64,000 bases of DNA from Phoronis australis (lineage: Eukaryota > Animalia > Phoronida). The stretch lies in assembly GCA_002633005.1 (NCBI GenBank), contig NMRA01000099.1:823633-887632 (forward strand). The letters run 5' to 3'. Position numbers and translations under genes: made by a program. Under the pieces are notes generated by a model, which did not search any database, was not told where the DNA came from, and saw only the letters and a program-made list of their open reading frames with translations. Positions 39,098-53,070 of the stretch are shown piece by piece. Within the stretch, counting starts at the first letter, position 1; every line of letters begins with the position of its first letter.

Positions 39098-41294
39098 ACT
39101 AAATTCAGAAAGTCAGTCCTTGGTATCCCTAATTATGGACTCTGTTGCATTGGTAAAATTACAATTGTTTTTAACAATGTTGTTCCTTTTGTGTGTATGT
39201 GGTTGCTTGCCATTCTGTTTTTAAATTCACTGAATTTTGTGCATAGCATATAAGTGACAAACATGCTGTTGATGAAAAATTTATTCGATAATCAAAGTGT
39301 AACATTAACAGTCTTTTTACTGACACCAAGACAATCGATGCAGTCACTGAATGTCATTTCCGCATAATTTGTACCAAATTGAAAAGTTTTTACCATTAGT
39401 ATAAAACCTTTCTTCTGAAAGGAAAAGTTAATGTCACTCAGTGAGAAAGGACAGGTATTTATACGAGATGCCTGTGGTTTTCATTTCACTGGATTCTAGT
39501 TTCAAAGGCCTATAGAAGCGCTTGTAAAAAAAGGTGCAGTTTTGGTACGTGGCTTTCCTTCATGTAACCCCATGCCTCAGTGACATCCACCATTAGATCA
39601 TTGAAGGTAAACACAACATCATATCACTTGACTCGCTTTGTGCCCAAAATTTGAGCCTGAACTAGACCAGAGTGTAAGTAGATCTTGTTTAGCTTCTTTG
39701 CCTCATGTTTCTTCCACGAAAGAAAATGAGGCTTCCATGATGACGGCCATTGTTTGACATCCAGACACGACTGACAGAGCATTGACGTCAGAGTAGCCTC
39801 ATTCTCACATCTCTACTGGATCCTTCAAGATTGGACAAAAATCGTCCTAACTAAATCTTCGGGATCAGCAAAGAATCGCCTAATGAAGATATAATGTAAT
39901 ACTGATGCTATGTCGCAATTAACAACAATCGGCAGACAATCGTGAACGTATTGGCTGAGTATCGTCCATCTTTGGCCAATGACCAAATAATTGGTAACCT
40001 GGCGACGCTGGATTTCCATCATAACTCTAGTATAACTGGGCCACGTGAGAAAATCTCATAAGTGCCGATAAAAGTTCCCCTTTGCCTGATGACACCCCGA
40101 TTGGTGATTCTTGTCGCCAACTCCCGCCGAGACTTCCTACAGCCTCCAGCTAACTGTCTGACGTTCGGCCAATAAATTTTTCTGACAGAAATTCATCTGA
40201 TCGGCGTCGGAAGGTTGTTGTGATGGCGGCGCTAGCTGAAATGGAGACTAAGTGGCTTCGTGTAGCTTACCACCTTCAGTCGATTCACCATTGAAGAACT
40301 GTTTGCAACTCAGTAGTTTGTGATGAAGCAAGTTATCGAGTGCGACCTGAGCGAATCTCCCGGGTTCATATTTTTGTGTTGTCTGAATTTAATGAACCTC
40401 CAAAATTTCCCTTTTCACTGTTGTCCGAATTTAGTGAGCTGGGTCTAAGGGAACTGCTAGCATCGTTTGTCAGGCTAGAAATTATGCTTGGCACTCTTAG
40501 AACCGTGTTCGCTCGTACCGGAAATTTCCGAAAACAGGTTCACTCAGAAATGTGCCCACGGAGTATCTTCGGTAACTGCATGTTTTGGAAGTCTGATGGA
40601 TTGTACCGTATTAACACAGTATGAAGGACAGTTTTAGGCACAGTGTTTGTTGAATGCGAAAAAAGCTTAGACGAATAAAATTCTTACCAATGAGATTATA
40701 ACTAGGTACATTAAAAAGACATGGGCCTATGTTCGGAAATTCCCGGTAGTCCAAAAACCGAATTTCCGTATACCAGTTTCCACTGGTGAGTTCAAGACCA
40801 AAACTGGTAACTATCTGCCATCATTTGAATCATATGCTGCGAAAGTTTTTACGAAATTTCACCAAAGAAAGTGTTGGTCGTCCTTGTGCGCCACTCCTGT
40901 AGCATTTTGTCTAAACTTTTGTACCATTGTTGACAGACTTAGTTAAATTGTTAATAAGAAAACCTTCCATCACAAAAATAACTTAAGGTTTAGACCACCT
41001 ACTATTATGAAATTGATCTTAAAAAATTCTTTGTCAAATCTGAGATGATTTCAAGGCTTAAAGAACTGACAAGTCGTCGTTGATGATTGGAATCAAGTTC
41101 TTCAATTTATTTTGTCACGAAGCATGGTCTCAACCAACAGCGAATTGTAAGTTCTTTGTTAGCCTTGAAATCACTTTGAGGAACAAGTTAAGACCAATGT
41201 TATAGTGGAAAGTGGTCGAACTCAAAAATTACCACTTGGACGGAACGAGAGTTTATAGCCGGTTGAAGCAGCGCGGTAGGATATTTCGCTAGAT

Positions 41295-41408
41295 CATGCG
41301 CGTACCCAGCCTTCGATATGGGGGGGCTCGAATTCCCGACGTTGTGGACCATTGCTAATAAAAGAGCGGGCGGACTAAAAAAAAAANGCCCCCCTGGGTG
41401 CGCGCATG
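41295..41408. mobile_element. MITE with CATGCGCG(T/C)ACCCAG TIRs (interior collapsed at an N)
   Basis: CATGCGCGTACCCAG ... CTGGGTGCGCGCATG. Flanks TAGAT / TAGTT. Confidence 0.75.
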
Positions 41409-41876
41409 TAGTTGGTTCATAAATTAGAAAAGGAGCCGGACTGATTCTTCTCACGACTGCTAGTTCTGAACTCGCTTAGAAGCTTGGGCGGACCCGGAGT
41501 TTTATCATCACGGTACAACTGAAGCCGAAGGGCCCAAAACTCCTGAGAATATATAATTTTTATCACTCCTTTTTTCTTCGACGCCTGTCTCCCTTACCTG
41601 ACATGCCCCTCTTTCCGACGCCACTGGTCTCATGTAGGCGCATGCGCCTATAAGATTCTTTTGTGGGCGCAGACAGCGATTCCTACTGTATCATACGTGT
41701 CAAAACTAATATTTTTGCACTGTCTTCATTCTGAGTGCTTTTCGTTTACCGTATTGCCGCGCCTTTAGGCCCATGAACACTTAGTTATAATAACCAATAA
41801 CGTTCATGCTGCCTAATGTATACCACCATGCGGTCACTTGTGGGATTTTATTCCATCTATTCGGCAGTTTGTATCA

Positions 41877-42008
41877 TACTCTTGACAAAAGCGCATCGCT
41901 TGAAACGTGGGGAATATTTTTATATATTTTAGTACCGACGTCGTCGTTTTTTTACTATTTTTACTATTTTATATTCTTATCCGTCGGTAACGGGCACGCC
42001 ATTCCAAT
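41877..42008 (+). mobile_element. Penelope-like terminal repeat fragment with hammerhead-like motif
   Basis: Inverted homologue of 43991-44110. Contains TTGACAA-AAGCG-cat-CGCTT-GAAAC. Confidence 0.6.
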
Positions 42009-43990
42009 AATTTTTGAGGTCTGCCTTGTATCTTTGGAGTTCCTTGGCGTATTTTCAAGAAAAGCTGTCGTATTGTCGGATGAGGTCCCATAAATCAGCC
42101 TACGCACAATTGCGGTGAAGTTAGGGACACCCCTGCGTACTTTTGGACGGGTGCACAGCCGATCAAGTGTTTCATCAAAGTCACCTGGTTGCCAGAAAGT
42201 GTTGCAGTATCATCATGTTAAGTATTCATAGGTATTGCAACAGTCAAGCCTAATCAAAGTTGCGACTCTTGAGATGCCTACTTGAGCTGTCTTCAACATC
42301 TCTTGAGGCGCTTTTTATCGCCCACCTTAAAAAGATTATATTAACAAATTGTATTTCATTTTTATCTCAATTCTTTGTATTTGTATTCTGTTATAATAAA
42401 TGAATTTGCTTCCCCAACCTCGGTCTCCTTCAGTTTCCATCTCTGGTAACGAGTTTGAAACTCGGGACATATGTCGATCATAAATATATTTGTATTTGTA
42501 GTTGTTGTAGAGATCGTGATAGTGGTAGCATGCTATGCGTTTTATTTTGGATTATATTCAAAACAACACTCAAAGACACAGTTGGTTTAGGGAAGACTCT
42601 GGGAAGGAGTTTACTGCTCACTGAACCCAGAACTACCCATAAATCATGATTATAAATATGTAATGCAGTAAATATGGCGAAACGAAATACGCCATAAATG
42701 AACAAAGTCATGGTTAAAGAATTTTCAACTTATGCGTAAAATGATGGTTATAATAATTAACCATGACACTAAGTAACAAAATTATATTATCGTGATCTGA
42801 AAAGCTAGATTAAGCTAAAGTCTTAAACTGAATTACGAACATATAAATTGGCGATAATGTCTAGATTTAGATATCTATATGTCTGCATGGTTGGAAAGCG
42901 TCTCCTAATGTGACGGAGTAAAGAGCAGTCGTGAAACGGGTGGTTTCTAGTTCTACTTTTTGCCTTTGCCGCGACAAGGCTCCACCTTCCATAATATTGT
43001 TACTGAGCAATGACTATTCAGCTTTGCACGCTACAGGTCCGGCGTCGACTGCTCATCGGGTTCAAGCGAGCCAACCGTGAACGACAAGAACTACTTTTTA
43101 GCGCAAGGTTATAGGTCTGTGTAATGATGGTGCTGCCATTCTTGTGTTTTCAGTCTGTGATAGTAAGCGATGCCTTGCACTCTCGCGTGTCTGTCAGTTT
43201 AGCTGACCGTTGGCTTTAGCTCAGTTGAACCTAATGTTTCTGAGGCTCCACCTTCGTACAGACTGCAGTTCCGGTGAGTTTAAGTGTTTATATTTGTCAA
43301 ATATATCTGATCTCTCGAACTACTGTTTCTTAGTTTGAGCTGTATGGTTACACCGCAGTTGGTTTCCTTTACGCACATGACTGTTATTCGAATGACAAAC
43401 ACTTTAACTTTACTCGGTAAAAAATTTTCGACCTCAGCGATCTAAAAACAGTGTGGCGTAATAGCTTCGATCAAAGGTTTGCGCGAAGTAGGTTTAACTA
43501 GTTTTGCGGATAGGATTTTTGGGTTTAGGGGGTTTCGTTCGATAGCCGGGATCAAATACTCATTCGATAACTTCTGGACACACCCCTCTCTGTACTTGAG
43601 AGGTGGAAAGGCATACTCCGGTCAGACCTCTCAGAAAGCTTCTTCGCCATCACGCTCAATACTGTATCGTGCGAAACGTCCTTATTGGTAATTTATGCGC
43701 ATACTGTAGGCTGACCGCAAATACAGGGTGGTCGCTATATGTGGAGCAGCTGGTGGCTGTAGCATTGATAAAAATGGCATTACCTTATTTAGTTTTTTCA
43801 TCAAAATTGACCATTTTCAAACAAAACTAGCCACGTTTTAATCATTTAATAATTCGGATTGCCGTGCACAGATATCGTTCATTGCATATTGTAGATTAAT
43901 ATGCATTGTTCCGTTGATCATAAATTTGTCTCCCAACAAAATTCCTACTGCACTTAAAAATGGTTTATTGGTGTTTTAATCATATAGATG

Positions 43991-44248
43991 TTGGAATGTC
44001 GTGCAGTTACCGACGAATAACAATGTAAAATAGTAAAACTAAAAAGACGAGTGTCTAAAATATATTAAAATATACCCACGTTTCGAGCGATGCGCTCTTT
44101 GTCAAGGGTGTGCTACAGACTGCTGAGTACATGTAGATGGATCTAAAATAAAATGGCACAGGAGACCACATAGTGACATACATGTACAATAGACAACGTG
44201 AACAATATGAACACTACAGGACATAGCAACTACCAGTGGGGTAGGCCG

Positions 44249-44280
<32 letters not shown>

Positions 44281-44475
44281 AGGGAGAGGGAGAGNTGTCC
44301 GGCAGCCCGCCTTTGACTACCAGTACATTGAGGTCACTGGTAGTATGGCCTGGGAGGTTGAAATGTTCCCCAATAGGGACCGCCCTATTATTATGAAGGA
44401 TCGTCTGCCTATGGCCGTTCATTCTCGTGCGTAACGAGTTACATGTCTCCCCAAAATACCACGCTTGGGGACATT
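43991..44475 (-). mobile_element. Penelope-like retroelement 3' fragment (GIY-YIG endonuclease remnant plus tail)
   Basis: The minus frame reads YFGETCNSLRTRMNGHRQTILHNNRAVPIGEHFNLPGHTTSDLNVLVV, typical of PLE GIY-YIG. It is followed by a GA microsatellite (with an N) and the tail CTTGACAAAG...CGAAACGT. Confidence 0.85.
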
Positions 44476-45226
44476 TACCAGCATCTAATAAGATAGACAA
44501 TGCCCGCACTCGAGCACGAGAATTTGTCCCTGATCTTATTATGAGACACCACAGGGACTTATGACTGACTCTCCTGATATGTGAGTGCAAGTCAGTGAAT
44601 TTGCGTAATTAAACTATTTAGGCCTTGGTCAATTTGTTAATTATAGAACTGCAGGACCGTGTCCAGACTTCTATGCTTTTATGGAATCAGTTCTTGGTCG
44701 TTGCATGATTCAGTTGCACCGTGTATGCAAATAAAGGCACTGTCAATTTTTACTCGTTACTTCCTCAGTTATAGGCGCTTCATGTAGCTTATTTTGATAT
44801 TTGCACCCACGTGTGCTTTTCAGTATTAAATGTTTTGGTTTCACTGTTAACTATCAAAACTTTATGGTTAAAAATGAGTGTAGAATCGTTACGACTCTTT
44901 ATATTGGCATGTGCGATCCCCATTCATAGTTGGGGTGAACCCGTTGGCTAGCTTACTATCGTTATCTCGAGTCCTCTACATTCAATATCTTACTCGGCAA
45001 GACTTAGGCGTAGGAAGCAATGTTGGGCAAGGGTGCGAACGACCTCTTCTCTCGTGAAGTTGTCTTCAAGACAAAGTTGGGACGTAGGAACCGGGATGTG
45101 GAATAATAGGTGCAACCCGATAATTTATAGGTGTGACGGTGAAACCACCGTGTCCACCAGCAAGGCGTAATAGAGAAGAAAAGGTGACCGGTCGTGTACA
45201 CGGTCGTCGCTAATTTTTCAAGAATT

Positions 45227-45479
45227 CAAGCGCGCACCCTGCCTAAAAATGAGGGGGCTCGAATTTTTGAGAATGTGGTCCTTTTACTAAAAAATGGGGG
45301 TAAATTCACAACTTTGTATTGTGCATTCCCCGAATTTAGGTAGTTCCTGTCTTTTTAGTGGGCTTTTGTCTCGTTTTATACTTTTGCGGAGTTATTGTTT
45401 CTCTCATAGTGAACCGGATCTTCGCCAAATGGGGGGAGGGCTCCTTGGAGCCCCCGAGCACCCCCTGGGTGCGCGCATG
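45227..45479. mobile_element. MITE, same family as 41295-41408
   Basis: CAAGCGCGCACCCTG ... CTGGGTGCGCGCATG, with the shared GGGGGCTCGAATT subterminal sequence. Confidence 0.75.
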
Positions 45480-46460
45480 TGATTGAAAAAAGTAAGCTTT
45501 ACTAAAATTGGAGGATTTGCAATCCCACGTTTACGGTATATGAAATATGGTCTCACTGGAGAATGCCATTTCAAGTAATGTCGCAAATGCACAGCTGTTT
45601 TACAGTTGTTCAAAGTGACCACTTTCTTCTGAACAACATCACGTAAAATAGGAACTTTTAAAATGCAATCTTCGTCCAACAGACATCATCGTTATCCTTA
45701 GGTGTAACTGCAAATCAGACCAAGCACCATTCTGACTACAGTTGCCTCTTGAAACCATTATCATGTACAGTGACGGTATTGTGCAACTCTCGTTTTGTGT
45801 AGTAGTTTACAAAACATCAGCGGCGAGTAAGACGAGCTTGCCAGGGTGTTACAAAATACACCACAGTCAATAGTCCACTGTCTCCCAGGGACGCTGTTAT
45901 GAAGAACAAACACAACAATCGGGTTCTGTCAGCAGTGCTTTCACCACATGAAATGGGGCCATAACCCACCCTGATAAGGTCATTGGAGTAATCGCAGATG
46001 ACTAACGTGTTTGTTCTTCTTTAGTTCTTGGGTAGGCCTACTAAGACCAAAGTCCAGAATCTACTCTCTGAAGGTCAGACCAATTTGTCTAATTATTTCA
46101 TTGCAAAATTGCAAATTTGTAAGTTTATTCGAAAGGTGCAACTGGTCGATTTCCGAGTCGAATTTCGAATGAACAGATTAAAGCCTAGGCCCAGACAAGG
46201 TCGTTTCTGCGGTAAAAAAGTTTGTAATTATTTTTTTAACATCATGGACTTTCTGAAGTTATTAGACCTACCTTTGACCTGTGTTATAAAACAATAAAAT
46301 CCGTTGTGTTTTTTGTGATTTAATTACAAAGCGCCAATTCTCGCCAAACATTCGCTGAAATCAAAATCGACCGCAGACCCAACCGGTTAAATACCCTTAA
46401 AATACGCTTTGCAGATACGTACATGTATACTGACTGAGATTTAGCTCATTCAGCGAAGAG

Positions 46461-46933
46461 TATGGCTGCAACGCAAGGTCAGGTGCGAGTCCGCACTGGG
46501 GGCTCAAGGTTATAGCGTGGGCATGAAGAGTTGGGTTAGCACCATAATTGACGTGCTACATGTAGAAGTCTTGGTCCGCAGTGTTTTAAGATTAACATGC
46601 CATCAGTGGATGGTATCATACAACTTCGTTCCTCTTTGTNTTGGAGGTCCGCCAAATTCGGACACCACAAAATGATATTTCGCGAGATTCGTCCAAGAAT
46701 GAATTTTTTCTATTGGAATTAATTTTCAGTGTCCGAAAATCACGCGACTTTACCGTATGGCTGCAACGCAAGGTCAGGTGCGAGTCCGCACTGGGGGCTC
46801 AAGGTTATAGCGTGGGCATGAAGAGTTGGGTTAGCACCATAATTGACGTGCTACATGTAGAAGTCTTGGTCCGCAGTGTTTTAAGATTAACATGCCATCA
46901 GTGGATGGTATCATACAACTTCGTTCCTCTTTG
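46461..46933 (+). other. near-identical ~178-bp duplication across an N (probable allelic-overlap artefact)
   Basis: 46461-46639 matches 46756-46933 nearly perfectly, with an N at 46640. Confidence 0.85.
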
Positions 46934-49400
46934 TGGAACAAAAGGTTCGAGTAGCGAATGCTTCACTGTCCTTAGACTTTTCTTACCAGTATATCAATTC
47001 GTTGGAAATACCTATGCCTCTAACTAATTCTGACCTTTTGAAACTTGGCAGAAACTCCTCTCTGCACTCTACGGTTAGCAGCATCAGTGTTGCATCAGGC
47101 TCGAGGCTTATTTATACACACCTAAGGGGGGCACTGCTTGTTGCTCGTCTAATAATATTGTCACCAAGAGGAGAAAAGATTGTGCACAAACAGAGAGCGT
47201 ACCTATACAGATAAGCATCTTGAAGTCACCAAAGAAATGTGGACCTTCACAGCCAGACTTCTGAGATTACGGGTGTTGCATTTTTCAAAGTGACTCTCTG
47301 CCACTGAAACATCAAGTTAAATCGTTCACCAGGTATTTTTACGTTTTGTTTGTAAAGATTTTAAATTTCTGTTGATGTCAAAGCTGTTTTCCTTTAGTTT
47401 GAAATTTCAAAAAAATCTGCTAACTGCTCGTGATTTCGTCGACTTTTCTGCCACAAGGCAAAGCGGATCTCCTTATTTGGTATGGCAAGGCGTGGCACAT
47501 TTCTCTGATATGGAAAAAGTGACCTTTAACCTTAGGTTAGCTCATGCCCGCATATAGTATTATTAGGGGCGGAGAATTTGAAAACTGTGTTGGGATGAAA
47601 GAATTTGTATTTCGACTATGTTTCAAAAATAGTGAATCTGTCGATTTTTCTCGAAATACCTCACTTTAGCATCGCCAAGAAACATTAGACGGCCATAAAC
47701 TAATGATAGAGCGGCAGATTGGTTAAACAAATGAGCGTTTCATCGTGTCTTAAGATGAAATGGAAAATGGTTGTCTTGAAAAGGCTTATTTGTTAGAAAG
47801 ATAGCATTTACGCATTTGAAATATTTATCTATATGGTGTAAGAAAATCAAATTGATGAAGAGCTGAGGTTCTGCGACATGCTTTCAGTGTGACAGAAAAT
47901 AAGTCAATGAAGTCTCCCGAGATGCGGCGGGGCAGTGTTAGGAATAAGCCATAACACTTCATCAGACATGAACAGAAACGAGTATGTGAGCTTCAGTGGG
48001 GGATCTACATTTTCAGTAAAGGGGAGTTCAGGATTCGCGCGAAGCGGGGGTTCATGATTCGCGATTCGCGCGAATCCGAGGCGCGTAGGGTCGAGGGTAG
48101 AGTGTAAGAGATTTTTTTAGCCAAATAGTGCAATTTCCATGCATCCTGGCGAGTTTGTCTTAAGGTGATATAAAACCCTTTTCGATTTCGTCTCATGAAC
48201 TCGGCTCATATGTTCCATACTATTATTTGTGCTCATCTGGGTATGAGTCACGCCACCAGCAAAATTTGGTTGGAACATCTGTCGACACAAACCGATTTTT
48301 AGCACAAGAGAAGTCGTAAACGAAAAAGTGTAGTGTGTATACAGGGGCTTAGACAACTACCAAATGTTCAAGAGCATAAAGAGCACCGACGGCCACGAAA
48401 AAACCAACACTTAAATATTAGATGATCATGTGACAGCAGCCTCTAGTTATCTCTAACCTTATTCAGTGGCCTCCATTCTAAACTAAGCTTTTTAAACTAG
48501 TAAAAATATATATTTTCTGAAAGAAAAAGGGAATATAAAAATATATTTTATATTTATGTGTCATTATTATTACGTTAAACACCTTTTTATATCAAAATTC
48601 CATGTTTAAGAAAGGTACAATCATGGCAAAGTAAACCATCGGTTGATTTTAATGAAACCTTTTTTAAATAAAAACTTCACCAGTTACCTCAAAAGCAATG
48701 TTAGGAATTTTCTATTAGCCTTTTCGTTTGATTTCCACGACAAATCAACTCGCAAAACGTTTTGTAACAATAGAAGTCGTATTCGTTTTTGTTACGCAAA
48801 AACTAGGCTTTTATATCAAAAACCCTTACACCATTTTTGAGATTGATGAATAACTATTAACTTTGGAAAGTTTCAGCGAAATCCACTACGTTATGTGTGT
48901 GAGAACTCGTGTTCCTATGTTCAAATTAAGCTGATATGCCGAAGCAGACAAAAAGCCCATTACGAGGTGAGACGTGACAATCTCAATGACTTCGATTAAT
49001 TGTTAGCTGAAAATTTGTTTTTGGTCGGTATAACCTATACATTCTTTAGTCACGTTCATTATTTCAACATTCACGAGCAATGTCATCTGAATTTGCAGTG
49101 CGTAATTACCTTAATTATCACAAAAACGTTTTATCAGCCAAGCCAATTCACAATGCATCGAATCCTACAAGGTCATAAGGGCGGAGTCAAGTTGCCGAGC
49201 TTGTCAAGTGAGTCAACTAGGTCAATAGTTCATTGTTAGACACAATGAGATAGACACACCACGCGCTGGGGGACTGATAATGAAAACCAAGTACAAAATG
49301 GATACAGAAATCAGGTCGGTGGTTAAAGCACGCCGTGATCATATGAGATGGAAACAGCGAAATGTCAAATTACCCAAATTGGAATTTGGGTGAGGATTTA

Positions 49401-50102
49401 CGGTGGCGGATCTAGGATATCACAAGGGGGGCCCAAAATTTTGTCTGTAAACATTTGCTCAAAGCACAACTGTAGATGCGCATAGCACCTATTGGGGGTT
49501 TGCTCCCCCTCCCGCCCAGGAAATTTTTCTGTTTTTTCCTCTAAAAATCAAGCATTTTCCTTTATTCCCGAAATATTATCCAAGAAAAAAGGCAAACAAA
49601 ACGGAGAAAGTGTCAAACAGGAAAAACTACAAGCGCCACAGACTCGAACTCACGACCTGGCGGATAGTGCGCGTACTTTAACACTGCACCACCACGATTT
49701 AACTCCTAATTTGATACTAAGGGACCCACTTGTTTATGGTCCACAGCGTTTGCGCGCGAAACCTTCTTTTTGTATGCTTATTACATGTTTTATATTTTGT
49801 GCAATCAGTTCGTGACAAATTTGTTGTATTTAAAATAGTCTTCAAGTGCCCAAAAGACCAAATCCGTTTTTTGTGTTGCCAATAATGACGCGATTGCTTT
49901 GGAAATCGTCTTAAGTTAATGTTTGACAAAGAGAGAATTATTAGTTTCTGAGTGATTCACTAAGACTTCGATTAAAATTGACATCTTACCAGCAGCTTCT
50001 GTTTTTTCATCATCATACATTTTCTTTAAAAAATAAAGTAATTTTCTTCATTGCACAGTGGAGCAGACGACGGAAACGGAGTCGTAGTGCCCAGCGCCAC
50101 TA
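49401..50102 (+). mobile_element. ~700-bp dispersed element, copy 3, with internal tRNA-like segment
   Basis: CGGTGGCGGATCTAGGATATCAC ... GCGCCACTA. Colinear with copies 1 and 2. Confidence 0.85.
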
Positions 50103-50609
50103 AAAGCGACAATGAAATTTAAATGTCACTTTATTAAGCTGCATCACGATGGCTGTAGGCTGTGGTAAAAAGATATACAAGACCAGTTCGCCGAGGGACA
50201 AGATGTACACTGAGAGGCAATGTCCACACAACTAAGCTGGCCTGGACCGTCACGAGACAAAAAGTACACTATGCTAAGCATGTCTATAAAATACTCGATC
50301 TGTCGCGGGACCTAAAGTACTGAGTGAGGTAAATAATTTTTCAAAGCACACTGGTAAACAGATCTATAAAGTATGTTATATAAAGCTCTGCAAAATAGAA
50401 GATATGTCGGGGGACAAAAATATAAAACTAGACAGGGAGAACCCTTCAAAACGCATAGGACCCGTCCACACGACTCCACGACCACTAGATTGAAAACTGC
50501 TCCCTTTACACTCTTTGATCCCCAATGGTTGCTCATACATACATCTTGCCGTTACTCATTGACAAAATACACATATAGGCTACCGGGGATTTTCGCAGAT
50601 AAGCCCATG

Positions 50610-53070
50610 CAGGGCTCGACGGTTTTAAAATTGCCAGGTCGCATATTGCGACCAAGCCAAAATCCCAGGTCGCATTTTCAAAATCCAGCTCGCATTCATA
50701 AATTCCAGGTCGTAAAATTTTCCCGCCATTTTTACGCGCCAAAATTGATTTTTAGATCATCGAGAAAATGTTTAGATTACGCTCTTACCTGCAGCGTTAA
50801 ATACTCACAAATTTCAGATCGCAAAATCGAGTTTGTGCATGCAGGTACAGCGTTACTGTTCTTCACGACCGCTATTGAAAGGCTCTGGGGCGCAAGGCAA
50901 GTTGCCGACGTGAAAGTTGAATCAGTGCCCTCTAACTGACACGTGCATTCGAGTAGCTAAGTTTGCGATGTGAAAAGGGATCAAATACCCGTTGAAAAGT
51001 ATCCGCAGTTTTTCTAGGTGTGACCTGCTACTGGCTGCCATCAAAGTCGTTAAAGATTCAAACTAACTCAGAGTGCATATTCCCTCCTCTTCTTGTTCAC
51101 AGCCCAAATTTTGCAACATAACTCCACGTTTGAAAAACATCAATCGAAAAAAATCCTTGAAACGATGCCCTAACGCGCGGTAACAATTCAGTGCACATTT
51201 CACAACAAAAATATGGTACTTATGCTGTTTATGTACTCAACAATTAGCTTCCATGAAATGAATAGCCTCGAAATAATTCCCGACTCCGTGTGGGTTTCCA
51301 TCGAGCAATTCGAGTTTGCTCCTCAATACGTTCCAAGTACAGGAAAAATAGGTCAGCCACAAAACGACACGCATGTCACTAGTGTTAACTTTCTTTGGAT
51401 GTATGAAACAAAGCCGGGATTTGGTTTTTACATATTGAGAAAAGACGTTATTTGAAAACTGAATTTGTTGTGTAAAATGAGGGTGACACACTATATAGGA
51501 TGCGTGTCAATTTTGAACCATGCGCGGTCGTTTATAGTGCGATATGATGGGCGTTAGCCTAAACTGTGGGCGCTTAATTGGAAATTCTCAAAAGTTGAAG
51601 GGGAACGCTTAGTAGATAAGTGAGCGCTTATTATGAAACATTTTGAAGGTAGGGAGCAGGCTTGTGGGTGAGCATAGTCGTTAACCTGAATGTTTGCGGT
51701 AATAAGATATTAAAAGACTGCAATGGTAAGAAACGTTATAATAATACGATTTTGCAAGGCAAACTCCATCTAGTAGGGTGACCTTCTGGATATCGTCACC
51801 ACCTACACTGTACATTTTTCAGCCAGCCGGAATAAGTTTGTTTTTAATTGCCCGCTTCAGACGGAACAAGATTGTTTCTATTGGAGTCTGAACATTTTAC
51901 GGCGACGGTGGTCCGGGGAGCGAAAAGTTGCCGGGGGGTGGGGGTATGAAGAAAAGAATAAAAACTTCGCTAACCACAATTTCGCATCTAGTACCCGTTT
52001 AGTTGCAGTAGCCGGCTACGGCCATAGAATACAGGGTTTAGAGAACATCGACCACAGGAAAATATCAGTTCTGGGTTATATCGGTCCCGGGGAATATCGT
52101 AAAGCACCGGGTCTTTTATAACTGCCGGGAATCTATGATTTCATTTTCAATAAACCACTGGCAAAAACGCGGGTGCTTAACAGAGCCAAGCCGGTTTACT
52201 CTTTCATTTAGGACTGTCGCTCTTCTCTTTTGATGTGCAGCTTTGAAGTGGTGCGCACGCGTGAGTTCACGCACTTGAATCGCTGAAGTAGGCCTACTAC
52301 ACTTTACGTTGGCAACAACGTGCCTGAAAGACGAATCTTATTTCGCGCACGTAGCAACAGAAACAAGTAAAAGGGTTTGAGACTTACTGAAAGTAAAGAC
52401 GTGGACGTCGTTTGGCGATTAATAGGGTTGTTATTTTCACTTTAGCAGTCCTATGCGATAAAAAACGAGACGCACATCTCTAAGTCACGTGTTCCAGGAC
52501 CGCCTGCGCGCGAACAACGGGACCGACCAGTGCCGCAGTGCGATATCAGAGATATTGTCGTGGATATTTGGTACATGTAATAAGGACATCTTACTCGAAA
52601 AATAAAGCATATTTGTCCACCACAAAGTTTGGTAAGTTGATCGCTTAAGAATTAGTAGAGAAACCGCAGTTTTGTGACATTTTATCACGTGTTATGCAGT
52701 GGCTCAAATTTTTCTTCGGCGAATCCGGAAATTTGCAAAAGTGGCCAAAAATGTTAGCCAATAAAACGCGTCAAAGATCGATTCTGCATATCCCATGTTC
52801 ACACGACTTGCTTACAATTCACCGGGAGGGCTGTTCTCGGTTAGTGTTCTTTTGAATTTGGATTTGGCAAACAATCAAATAACGGTCGGATTAGTTAAGA
52901 GTCGCTTTATATTTGCCAGGTATCTGCCGAGAATTGTAAAAACTCACCTCGCATACGTTAGAAATTCCAGGTCGCATTTTGCGACTTGATACGAGTTAAC
53001 AAAAATCTCAGCTCGTATTTTCAAATTTCAGGTTACAAATGTGATCTGCAGCTCGTTATGTCGAGCCCTG
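50610..53070. mobile_element. 2.46-kb non-autonomous hAT-like transposon with 5-bp TSD
   Basis: TIR CAGGGCTCGAC / GTCGAGCCCTG. Perfect CCATG duplication at 50605-50609 and 53071-53075. CCAGGTCGCA subterminal arrays at both ends. No transposase ORF. Confidence 0.85.

Noticed and set aside
50373-50939. Longest ORF in the track (188 aa)
   Set aside because: It crosses a transposon boundary and its subterminal repeats, and shows no recognisable domain.
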